From Hemiscyllium ocellatum (lineage: Eukaryota), in assembly GCF_020745735.1 (NCBI RefSeq), contig NC_083406.1, positions 94,899,164 through 94,963,163 of the forward strand: a stretch of DNA of 64,000 nt. Reading direction: 5' to 3'. Below, piece by piece: positions 1-11,800 of the stretch. The notes under the pieces were generated by a model. The model was not told the origin of the DNA, searched no databases, and was given only the letters and a program-made list of their open reading frames with translations. A program made the position numbers and the translations under genes. Numbering within the stretch: position 1 is the first letter of the stretch; every line of letters begins with the position of its first letter.

Positions 1-214
1 ACTTTACAGAGATATTCAACAATCAGTAACAGTAATACTTAATGTGTAAGGCAGGATTGGGATAATCCTTCTCCAGAAGAATTGCTAGATGGCTGATTAA
101 CTGGTACACTATGCCCATATTAATTTCCTCTCCATTATTTTAATTGTTATTGATAAATTCATTAAAATAGACAAAAAGAGCAAAGAAAAGAATTTCATAG
201 AACACATGATTTTT

Positions 215-930
215 TTCATTAACAGGGGACATGGATTTTGTTGGCTGGGCCAATATTTATTGCCCAATCCCAATTACCCTTGAGGAGGTGGTGGTAAGCT
301 GCCTTCTTGAACTGCTGTGGACCATTTAGTATCAATGGATGCCCAATACACTTCAAAAAGCTGAACAAATGGATGATGTATTTCCAAATCAGGATGGCAA
401 GTGGGGAACTTAAAGGTGATCCAGTCCCCATCTAGTTTATGCTATTCTCTTTCTAGGTGGAAATGGCATGGGTTTGAAGGCGCTGACTAAGGAGCCTTGG
501 TGGATTTACGCAGTGCATTTTGGTGGTGGTATGCATTGCTACCGTCTGCACTGGTGGTTGAGAGGTGAATCTTTGTGGATGGGCTGTCAACCAAGTGGGC
601 CGCTTCATCCTAGATTACATCAAGCTTCTTTAATACTGTTGGAGGTTCAGTCATCCAGGCAAGTGTGAGTATTCCATCACACTGCTGATTTGTGGTTTGT
701 AGATGGTGGAGAAGCTTTGGGGAGTCAGGGGGTGAGCTACTTACTGTGTGATTCCTAGTTTCCACAGGAATCTGTTCTTATAGCCACAATATTTATATGT
801 AACTGGAGCAGTTCAGTTTCTGATCAATAGTAAACCCCCATGAAGTTGGGATTCAGAGATGGTGCTGCCAATGGTTAGATTCTCTCTTGTTCCAAATGGC
901 TATTGCCTGATACTTGTGTTGGATAAGTGT
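215..930 (-). mobile_element. Degenerate 3' part of a CR1-like (Zenon/Crack-like, clade uncertain) LINE
   Basis: Same 3' sequence (cagcagttcaagaaggcagct.accaccac...gggcaataaat) recurs at ~2400, 13750, 16100, 18700, 28100 and 39900. Confidence 0.7.
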
Positions 931-1309
931 TGTAATATAATAATGTGCAATGGCATATCTAACAGGAATTTTCATCCTTTAATGTTTTACTCTTGGTCTA
1001 AAACTATACAGTTTCTTGACAGTCAGTAGAATTATTGAAGAAATGGAATATAAGGTAACAGCAATAATTACATATTGTTTTGATAGGACAGTAATTGTGT
1101 CTCCAGACAAAGGAAAAGAAAATTAGGTGAGAATACTTGTGGGAATAATTAAGAAGTTGTACACACTCGTGTGATTTATTTGCACCTAAATTTCCTGTCA
1201 ATCGCACTAAAGTATGCCAAAAATGGTCATTATCTTATCCTGAGGTCTTCATTATCACTGAAGCAAATTTTCTGTCAAATTGGTTCAGAAAAATTGATAT
1301 TGAGAAACA

Positions 1310-1950
1310 TAAGAACACAGGAAATAAGAATATGAGAAGGACATTTGGTCTTTGAGTTTGCTCTGTCATTCAATAAGATCATGACGAATATTCTACCTTA
1401 ACTCTACCTTCTCACATCATGCCACTATTCTGTTAGTATCCAGTTTTGGACTCTCCTACCCTGGGAAAAGACCTTGACTAATCACCCTATTCATACCCCT
1501 CATGATTTTATATACTCCTACAAGGTGATCCCTCAGCCTTTGATGCTCCAGGGAAAATAGCCGCAGTCTATTTAGCCTCTTTGTGTAGCTCAAACCTCTA
1601 ACCCTAGCAAAATCCTTGTCAATCTCGTCTGAACCTTTTCAAGTTTCGCAACATCTTGATCCTATAGCCGGGAGACCAGAATTGAATGCAGTATTCCAAA
1701 AGTGACGTAACTAATGTCCTGTACAGCTGCAACATGACCTCTCAACTCCTATACTCAATGCACTGACCAATAAAGGCAAGAGTACCAAACACCTTCTTCA
1801 CTACCCTACCAATGACTCCATTTTCCATGGACCTGCACTTCAAGGTCTCTTTGTACCCCAGGATCTTACCATTAAATGTATGATTCCTGTCCTAATTTGT
1901 CCTAGCAACATGTCGTACTTCACACTTATTTAGATTACACTCCATCTCCA
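1310..1950 (-). mobile_element. CR1/HER1-type LINE 3' fragment(s)
   Basis: Reverse complement matches the RT C-terminal region of the CR1 at 51341-52175 ([16 protein letters not shown]). Confidence 0.8.
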
Positions 1951-2389
1951 TTTGACCACAACACATCTTGTGTAAAATAATAAAAGTAGTCTGACTTGGA
2001 TGCACATACACATACACTTGAAATTCACATACCAAATAGATATTATAGAGTCCAAGAGGTTAGACTTGGCCATAAGTATTAGAAGAGGTTTTTACTTTGT
2101 ACTTGCAGTCTCTGTTGGTGCACAGTGAATCCAATAGTCTGGCTTCTGGTTCTGAGGTGATCTAAAGCTATAGGGCTTCATAGGAATATAGAACTTGGCA
2201 AGAACTTGGCTGATGGGACATATATGGAAAAACAGGACGTGTCCACTTTGACATAAATAATATTCATTTTCTATTCTTAAAGTGGGGAAAAACTGCAGAA
2301 TGCTTCAGCACAAAGGGATCAAGGTGTCTTTGTCCATGGTCCACAAACTAAAACTTAGAAGGAAGTACAGCAAGTTTATTTTATTTTAG

Positions 2390-3370
2390 CATGGGATGTC
2401 GGTGTCACTGGCCAGGCCAGCATTCATTACCCATCCCTGATTGCTCTGGTGAAGGTGGTGACAAACTACCTTGATGAAACACTGCAATTCTTGGGGAGCA
2501 GGGAAACCCACAATGCTTTTAGGAAGTAAGTTCCAAGATTTCGACCCACTGACAAATTCAGGGTGATGAGTAGTTTGCAGGGATGGTGGGTATCCATTCA
2601 CTTATTGCTTTTCTCCTAGGTGGTAGAGGTTACAGTTTAGAAGGTGATGTTGGAAGTGAGTTACTGCAGTGCATTTTGTAGATAGTAAACACAACAATCA
2701 CTGTTTGGCAGTAGGAAAGGGACTGAACATTGAAGGGATGAATAAATGCCAATGAAGCGGGATATTCTGTCCTGGATCATATAAAGCTTTGAGAGTGTAC
2801 GTGTGCCTTGTACATGATGGAGAGGCATTGGTGAGACAAGAAGCGAGTTACTGATGTCGAGATTTCTTTGCCTCCAAGAGCAGATCAGAAGCTAAGTATT
2901 TATATATCTGGTTCAGTTCAATTTCTTGTCAATGGTAACTAGGATGTTAATAGTCCTGATTCTATGAAGGTGATGTCCTTGAACATCAAGGGGCATTGTT
3001 ACATTCTCTCTTCTTAGAGATGGTCACTGACTGGTACTTGTGTAATGAGAATGGCATGTGCCACTTATCAGTCCTGGATATTGACTAGGTCTTGCTTTTG
3101 ACATGGACTGCTTCAGTTTATGAAGTGACACAAATGGTGCTGAATGTTGTACAATCATTGGCAAACAGTGCCATTACTGCCCTCCTGTTGGAGGGAAGGT
3201 CTTTGATGAAGCAGTTGAAGATGGTTGGTCTGAGGACACTAAACTGGAACTTCGGAAGTGATGTTCTGGGACTGACGTGATCGACTTCCAACAACCACAA
3301 CCATTTCTTTTGTGGTATAACTCCAAACAGCAGAGAGGTTTCCTCTTCATTCCTATTGAGTCTAATCTTG
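2390..3370 (-). mobile_element. Degenerate CR1-like (Zenon/Crack-like) LINE fragment
   Basis: Minus-strand RT remnant LRPTIFNCFIKDLPS...LFANDCT (ORF 3118-3300). Confidence 0.75.
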
Positions 3371-3374
3371 GTAT

Positions 3375-4210
3375 GGGTAGCGGATAGTTGTGGACAGGTG
3401 TTTTTCTGACTGGAGTTCTGTGACTAGTGTGTTTTGCATGGATCAATGCTGGGAGCTCTCTTATTTGTAATATATATAAAGGATATTGATAAAACGTATG
3501 TGGTCTGATTAGTAAATTTGCAGCTGACATGAAAATTGATGGAGTTTTGGATATTGAAGAATGATGTCAAAGGATACAGCAGTTACAAAATTGAAGGGAG
3601 AAAGTGACTGATGGAGTTTAATCCAGACAATTTGAAGTGACACATTTTGGTAGGTCAAATGTAAGAGGAAAGTATTCAGTGAATGGCAGGAGCTTTGGGA
3701 GCATTGATATACAGAGGGATCTTGGGGTGCAAATCCATACCTCCCTGAAAATGGCTGCAGGTGGTGAAGGCAATAAATAAAGCATATGGCATGCTTGCTT
3801 TCATTGGTCAGGACATTGAGTACAAAAGTTGGTTAGTCATGTTGTCGCTGTATGAAACTTTAAATCGGCCACATTTAGAGAATTGTGTGCAGTCCTGGTT
3901 GCCACGCTATAGGACATATGTGGAGGCTTTGGAAAGAGATTTACCAGAATGCTGCCAGTATTAGAGTGTATTAGCTGTAAGGAGAGATTTGACAAACTTA
4001 GACTGTTTTCACTACAATGTTGGAGGTTGGGGGGGGGGGGTGGTTGCGACCTGATAGACATACATAAAATAGGCACAGATATGGTGGGTACTCAGAGTAT
4101 TTTTCTCAAAGTGTAAATGTCAAATACTAAAGGGGTATAGGTTTAAGGTGAAAGGAGGTAAGTGTAAAGGAGATAGGCGAGGCAAGTGTTTTTTCTGCAA
4201 ATGGCGGTAG
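3375..4210 (+). mobile_element. CR1 LINE RT fragment
   Basis: GSMLGALLFVIYI..SKFAADMKI and KAYGMLAFIGQDIEYKSW..LYETLNRPHLENCVQSW. Confidence 0.85.
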
Positions 4211-4214
4211 GTGA

Positions 4215-4670
4215 GTTTTGGGAAGATTTGTAGCTCAGGATGAGATTGTGGATGTAAGTTTGCTCGCTGAGCTGGAAGGTTCATTTTTCAGACATTTCAT
4301 CACCATACGAGGTAACATCTTCAGTGAGTCTCCAGTCAAAGCACTGCCAATGATTCCTACTTTCTATTTATATGTTTGTGTTTCTTTGGGTCAGTGATAT
4401 CATTTCCTGGTGATATGATTTCTGATGGTGATGTCATTTCTTCTTGTTTTTCTCAGGGGGGTGGTAAATCAGGTCCAAGTCAATGTGTTTGTTGATAGAG
4501 TTCCAGTTGGAAAGCCTAAAGAATTCCTAAAAGCACGGCATTCCAACTGGAACTCTATCAACAAACACATTGACTTGGACCTGATTTACCACCACCCCCC
4601 CCCCCCCCCCCCCGAGAAAAAGAGTAAGAAATGACATCATACATTGACTTGGACAGGAAATGACATCACA
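4215..4670 (-). mobile_element. Poseidon-like Penelope element 3' fragment with internal inversion
   Basis: C-terminal PLE peptide EFLKARHSNWNSINKHIDLDLIYH, hammerhead-bearing pLTR, and a perfect 52-bp inverted repeat 4461-4512/4541-4592. Confidence 0.75.
4291..4324 (-). ncRNA. Near-intact hammerhead motif of a Poseidon-like PLE
   Basis: Minus strand reads tca-CTGAAGA-t-gttacc-tcgtat-ggtgat-GAAAT-GTC-tga (CpG-decayed GAAAC). Confidence 0.6.
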
Positions 4671-5214
4671 GTTCATTTTAAAAGGGTTTTGCACTCAAAC
4701 ACTGAAGTACATAAGACAGGGTATACAGATGCTATTTCAATCATGCCAGATAGCTGCGTTAGCTAAAGACCGAATAAAATTTGGGTTTTATAACCTGGAA
4801 AGAAAATGTTGACCTTGTAGATGAATATAAAAGATAATTTAATATAGAATTCTGGTTTAGTGTTGTAGCCATCAACAGGTTGGGATGAAAAGAATAAAGG
4901 CAACACGGGTGTGGTCAGGAGGCTCTTCTTCATGACTGCTCACCTTCATCATTGCGCCTCTTGCTAACTGTTGCTTTTTTTTTTACGTTTCTTGCAACTG
5001 CAAACATTGTTTCTATAGACATATTAAAGTTCAAATTAAAAATATGAAATTGGCCAGATTTCATGTTAAAATATGTCCATTTCTTGCATCTTGCTTTGAA
5101 TCTCAACATTACTGCCAAATTGCTTGTATTGTTCGGTACCTGATACAGTATGTAAATACTTCAAAGTAGAGTTTCAGCCAGTAAACCACATGTACATTTT
5201 GAAAACAGAAGGTG

Positions 5215-6190
5215 TGTCAACTTTGTGTAGACATCAAGCTGCCAAATAAAAGCTCGTGGTGTTAGGCGCAAGGTTCTGGCACGGATAGAAGATTGCTTTA
5301 CTTAAGGGAAAGAGTGGGGATAAAGAAGTCAAGTGGAGTTCCGCAGAGATCTATTTTGAGACTTCACAACTATTCACATTAATGTATAATGACCTGGTTG
5401 AAGGAACAGAAGGCATTGTGTCATCTGCAAGCTTGGCACCAAAGATAGGTGAAGGCACAAGTAGTTTTGAAGAAGCAGGTAGGTGGTAGAGGACTTGGAC
5501 AGGTGAGGAGAGTAGGCTAAGAAGACGCAATTGTAATTCAGTGATGAAGAGCGAAGGGGGGTGGGGGGGGGAAGGATAGAAACAGAGAGGGGCTTTGACA
5601 ATCTGAAGCACAAAGAGACTGGAGAGTCCTTGTTCAGGATTCTCTTACCTTAACATACAGGTTCAATTGTATTTACCTTCCTAACTACCAATGTTAGCAT
5701 TCATTTTAAGAGGGCCAAAATAGAGAAGCAAAGATGTACTGCTGAGGCTGTAAAAGGGTCTGGTCAGACTGTGTTTGGAAGGATGTGTTAGTATTGGAGG
5801 GGGTCCAGAAGTGATTCACAAGAATGATCCCAGGGGTGAAGGAGTTATTATATGAGGAGTGGTTGAGGAAACTCTGTGTACGCGACAGAGTTTATTTGGG
5901 GGTGGGAATCTTGTCAAAACTTATAAAATACAGAGATGCCTGGTTGAGTAGATGTGGAGAAAAGGTTTCCACTCTTAGGAGACATTAGGATCCAAGGACA
6001 CAGCCTCAGAGTGAGGGGTGACCCTTTAGAATACAGACGAGGAGGAATTTCTTTAGCCAGATTCTGGCTAATCTCTGGAACTCACTGCTGCAGAGGACTG
6101 AGGCCAAGTCATTGAGATTACAGGAGAATGGGGGTTGAGAAATACATCGGCCATGATCAAATGGCCTAATTCTGCTCTATATCTGTGGTG
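5215..6190 (+). mobile_element. Highly degenerate CR1 LINE 3' fragment
   Basis: RT remnants (gtcaagtggagttccgcag, ttcacattaatgtataatgacc, caagcttggc) and CR1 3' UTR. Confidence 0.75.
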
Positions 6191-6843
6191 TGTTGCGATT
6201 CTTGTATCTGTAGGTATTAAAGTGAGAAACTTAAAATATATATGCATTTGTTAAAAGTACAGAGATAGATGTTTTACAAATGTAACTTTTAATTAAAGTA
6301 CGTGAATAAAATATTAATTCAAGTTTAAGGACTTCAGATAAGTTCTGGTTTTTCAAATAAAAACTAACTATGAATCAACCATTGCAGCAACCCTCCATTA
6401 ATACAAGTATCATTATACTGGCTTTCCATCTTAGCCATTGAAAATTGCGCTTAGGAATCAAAACTGCTCCAGAATTAATGATAAAACTGAAGCATCCATA
6501 TACAAAACAATTGAAAGAAATAAGAACAAACATAATGAGTTAATCATTTACCCCATGTCTCATCAATAATCTGGTATGGCAATTTCCTGCCATCTGACAA
6601 CCATAAAACACCAAAGAAAGTATTTATAAGGATATCCATTAAATACACATCATAAATGTACATTTTGCTAATGTAGTCTCATTTACAGTCTGAGGTAAAC
6701 CAAAATACTTCCTTGTAATAATATTGTAGACAAAACCAGTAAACCATTACTCAAACATAATCCTTCGGCTGTCTCAGTCTGGTCATTCACGACATTTTAT
6801 CTTCGACTTAACCAAAAATACAACCTAGATAGAAAGTTTTCAC

Positions 6844-6849
6844 TTTATT
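6844..6849 (-). terminator. Candidate ALG5 polyadenylation signal AATAAA
   Basis: tttatt on + strand about 170 nt downstream of the ALG5 stop; first canonical hexamer after the stop. Confidence 0.6.
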
Positions 6850-7018
6850 CACCAGGATGCAATGTAGAAAAACAAAGAAAATACTGCAATATGTATGCAG
6901 AAAGAACAAAATATTTTACCATCCATCATAAAACATTGTGTGTCCACCATGTCCCTTGATTATATTTCAGTAATGATATATGTCCTTTCATCTTCACGAA
7001 AAGATACAGTGCAATAAT

Positions 7019-7134
7019 TTAGTTGACTTTTTTGGGCATTTCCACATTCCAGGCACCCGTGAGGTAACGTAAGCGAATGAAGAGAAGATCTTTACCCATT
7101 TGTAACCAACTCCAGAATGGAACTAACTTTGATC
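7019..7134 (-). CDS. ALG5: ALG5 exon 10 coding part ([37 protein letters not shown])
   Basis: Acceptor gccttgtag|, TAA stop at 7019-7021, C-terminal KKxx-type ER retrieval signal (KKVN). Confidence 0.97.
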
Positions 7135-8835
7135 CTACAAGGCAATGTAAAATGAGAGGAATTCACACTAATGCAGCATTTGGCCTGCAAAAATATGTTG
7201 CTAGTTTACAAAACAATCAGTAATTTTAGAACACAAGACTGTAAAATCATTAAAAAGTTATTATGAATTTTGTTCACAAAATGTTTACTTATATACATCA
7301 GAATAATTTAGTTAAAATAAATTATCTCTCTATAAATTGCAACTCGCATCTCTGAAGTTTCAAAAAACATTATGTTTTGTTTTTCCTTTTAGATGTAATC
7401 CTGTTCCCGGCCAAGATGACCCAACATCTAACAATGACTGCAGGACTAGGAAAATTATATTTTTCCCCCAATTTGAACACAAACATTCCTAAGTTACATG
7501 TGCAATGTTTCAGATGTAGGATAAAACAACCGACCATCAAAAGGCACTTTCTTTGGACCTACATGTCATTTAAATCTTAATCTAATTGACCATAAGGTAA
7601 TCAAGTGTAAGATCAGAAATTTGATTTTCCATTCTTGCAATAATTCTAACTTTGGAAAAGTGCCAGAGCATTAATAGTGCATTTAGCTAAATATCTTCAA
7701 TTTTCTGTCATTAGCCATTTTGTCCAATAGCTATGTCAGCTGCATCCATCTTCCACTAGGTTCAAAGTTAATGGGAAAAGCTGTACCTCGTAGGTCCAAA
7801 TTGAAGGGTTGTGTGCAACTGAAGATAAGTGGCTATACACAAGGGAAAATACTAGGTCAACCTGAAGTACAAAACAATTTTATACATATGTCAATCTTCA
7901 TCAGGGCACAAGTCATAGAAACCAATGGGTTTAATCAGCAATGCCACCACTAGATGGAACACACCAGATGGAATGCATAGAAGTACTGCTGCAGTGCTAC
8001 ATCACTGCGAAATGACCTGGCAGCAGCCACATAAAGATGGCACTGCATATATATTCACAGGACAGACACAAATGCTAGGAATGCAGGGACGTTCTGCCAG
8101 ACAGAGAAAATTGAAGATTTTACTCTTTACTGTTTACAATATTACAAGTAACAGTTCTCATTCTGCCATTTAATTTCAGTAGAAACCAGCGTACAAGTCA
8201 CAACGTCATCCACTTGCGCACACACATAGGCATACTGGTGCACCTAAGATCCTCGTCACAGGAGACCGAAGTCACTAAGCCTTGAAGATGTAAATGCCTC
8301 CTGACTGCCATCGTGAATGGTGGTCTGCATAATTTGGTTAATGCTAGTGTTTGTTTCCACCCTGTGAATAGATGAGTGGTGCCACCTCGAGAACAATTAG
8401 CGGTTGCTTGATTGCTTGACATGGCATTACATTGCTCTGTTTGAGTTTACAAGCTCAGTGCTCCACATATCAGTGGCATTACCTATCCCATTCAAAATAC
8501 CAAATTTAAAGACAAAAAAGATATGCTTCTGGTGGAGGAAAATAAACAGATTGAGCTGAATAATAAAACTAATGTAAGAGTGAGGGTCAGTAACTAAACA
8601 GTCAAGTTCTTTAATATTTCAGAATAAGAAAGTTATAGTCTGTCTAGAGTTATGTTGATCATTTATCTAGACAACTCATTGAACATATTTGTGCATAATA
8701 AACTGTTATGGACCAGGCCAGACTCTTTCGAAACACTCCAAGGTGGTAGCCTGGACCCTAACTTTGCTGGTTGTTTAAGCAGGTGTAGATGGATATTCCA
8801 GGAGAGATGCACTGGTCCAACCACCGCGAGAGCGC

Positions 8836-8869
<34 letters not shown>

Positions 8870-11800
8870 GCGCGAGAGCGCGAGAGAGAGCGCGAGAGCG
8901 CGAGAGAGAAAGAGAGATACAGAGAGACCAGGGGGACTCTGGACCAGCAGCCTCAAACTGAATTGCCTACGTCCAGAGAACAGCCAGACTGCCAAAACCA
9001 AACCAAACCAGAAAAAAGCTGAGTCACTCCCGTTTCATTGTACAAGTGATTGTGTTTTTAAAAAAGCTTGAAAACATTCTCGAGGAGATCAACCCCAGAC
9101 ATTTCGGAATCTGTGTCTTTACAATCTCCTGGGAAAAAAAGCAATGACATGCCAACCTTGTTAAAGGAGCAGCATCATCACAAAATATATACTTGAGTTC
9201 TTGACAAGTGTTTTTTTTCAATTAATAGGTTGATGGTATGGGTTTCAATTGCATCATTATTTCCTCGAGCTAATAACATATAGAACCAATTTCACAAATT
9301 TAATAGATGGCTGCATTCATTCCATTGGACTGCCATACACTTAAACCATTTATGGCTCATTATCTAAGGATATACTAGCATTGGATGCAGTCCAGAGTAG
9401 GTTTCCGAGACTGATACTGGATATGGAGGGATTGTTTGATGAGGAGAGGTTGAATATATTGGACCTGTACTTGTTGAGATATAGAAGAATGAGAGGTGAC
9501 CTTACTGAAACACTGAAGATTCTCATGGATATGAAAAGGTAGACGCAGAAAGGTTTTTTCTCCTTGGGACAGTCTAGGACCAGAGGGAATTCTCTCAGAA
9601 TAAGCGGTTGCACAATTAAGACAGAGTGCCTTGGCATTCTTCTGAATATGATTTGACAAGGACATTTCATTGCCCCTTTTAGGCTTATTTATTCCTTTAT
9701 GTTCTTTCTGCTTCTTTTATATTTTCTAAACCATACGTATGTTTTTTTAACTTTTTGACTAACTTTTCAATATAATCATCATCCAGGGTCCCCGAATCTT
9801 GACATCCTTATCTTTCACCCTAAAGTTGAACTCTGATCAACTGGCCTTTAGAAGACTCCCGCATGGATTTACCCTCAAACAGCCACCTCAATCTTATTTC
9901 TCCAGTTCCTGCCTGATACTGTTGTAATTCACCTTCCCCTTACATGCTCCACCTGAAAAAGCAAGTATTGCTCACTTCCAAACCAGATTCTAAATTGATT
10001 GCTTGGAGTGGTAAACAAATATCCTTAGATTTTACTTCCACTTTGATACCATTCCCAGATAAAATGCTAAAAACAGGAGCAAAAACACAGTAATTTCCAA
10101 ATTAGTGCATGAATGCTACACAGTTAAGCATAAACTACAGCTGCATTTAAGGCATGGCTTAAGCAATGAAACGATATAGCTTCATGCTAATGACCCAGTT
10201 GTTAGAAGTGATCCCATTTCCTTGCTTTTTGTTCTCTGGTGTAAATAACTTACCCTCTATTTCTGTCCATTGCACAGCAACTTCGGCAACTGGAATCTTT
10301 AAACACTGGGCAATGTAGAGGAGTTCCACATCAAAAGCCCTAAAATGCAAAAACAAAAAGGTTGTGAAAACATTTTTAAGTTCACTGTTTAGGAATTTAA
10401 GAAGGAGCACTTTCACAGAATACACAAAAGGAAATATTTAAAAATGGGACAAAACCATATTTCCAATTTTTCTGCCCCATTTCCTCTTTGCTACCTATCC
10501 ACCATTTTAAGGCCAAGCAAAATGTTTGCAGGTCTATCTACACAACTCACGTACAGTCTGTCAGACAAAATCAATTACAATATTTCAATTCTCTTCATGT
10601 TTGCTCTCCCCCAACAGATGAAGTAATTGCTGCTGTATTTAATCAGACTGAAAAGACAGTATTCCCAGACACTTACTTAATGAAACAGTCAGTTCACAGG
10701 ATTAATGAAAAAAAATGTAGTGTGAAGGGAACAGCAGTTTCTACAGAGGATGTGCTAAGTGTGGTAAATAAGTTAGTTATTAATAGCTATGGAAGCAGAT
10801 TTATACTTGCATAAAAAATTGTGTATATATGCATGCTCTGTCATTTTTCTAGGTTCATTTAACAATACCATTTGATTAAACACCAAAACTGATCTAATTT
10901 CTCTTTCTAATGTGTTGTTTGGAACCCAATCTTTGATACTGTTCCTCCTATTGTACCAGAATACATTTGGGGTGCTCCATTTGTTTCATTGATTAGATGT
11001 TGCCTATTGCTATTCAGTTTGTCATTTTTCCTTCAATTTGATATGGACAAGCTCACATTTGGACTAGGTAGATGGTAGCTTTGTTATCCAGGCTAAAAGG
11101 CTGCAAAATTGAGCTACTTGCTTCAAAAAGAACCTGCAAAGCCTTCCTTAATAGCATTTGGGGGCTATTGCCAAAATTGGGACAGCTGTCTCACAAACTA
11201 GTCAAGCAAGAGCCTGATGTAACTGTACTCACAAGAATCATATTTAACGGATAATGTCCCAATCACCATCATCACCATCCCTGTAAACGTCCTTTCCCAC
11301 CAGCAGGACAGACCTAACAGAGGCGACAGTACAGTGGTATACAATCAGGAGGGAGTCGCCCTGGGGGTCCTCAACATAGCTTCAAGTTAAACATGGGCAA
11401 GGAAACCTCGCGATTACCACATACTGCCCTCCTTTGGCTGATCAGTAATCCTGCATGTTGGACAACACTTGGAGGAAGCACTGACTATTGAAAGGGCACA
11501 AAAAGTACTCTGGGTGGCAGATTTCAATGTCCACTACCAACAATGGCTTGGCAGCAACACTACTGATCAAGCTGGTTGGATCCTAAAAGACATAGCTGCT
11601 AGACTGAGTCTGTGGCAGATGGTGAAGAAACCAACAGAGAGAAATGTACTTGACATATTCTTTACCGATCTGCCAGCAGTAGATGCATCTTTCCACGACA
11701 GTATCAGTAAGAATGATGGCTGCACAATCTTTGTGGAGACCAAGTCACATCTGCACAATAAGAATACTTTCTATTATGTTGTGCGGCACTGCAACCATAC

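Noticed and set aside
4944-5012. Exon-like 69-nt segment on the minus strand (ctatag|...GAAG|gtgagc) downstream of ALG5
   Set aside because: Poor pyrimidine tract, no recognisable protein similarity and no partner exon; cannot be supported without RNA data.
8652-9071. 139-aa ORF with an (RE)n tract and overlapping ORFs
   Set aside because: Produced by an (AG)n microsatellite inside an LTR-like relic; no gene structure.
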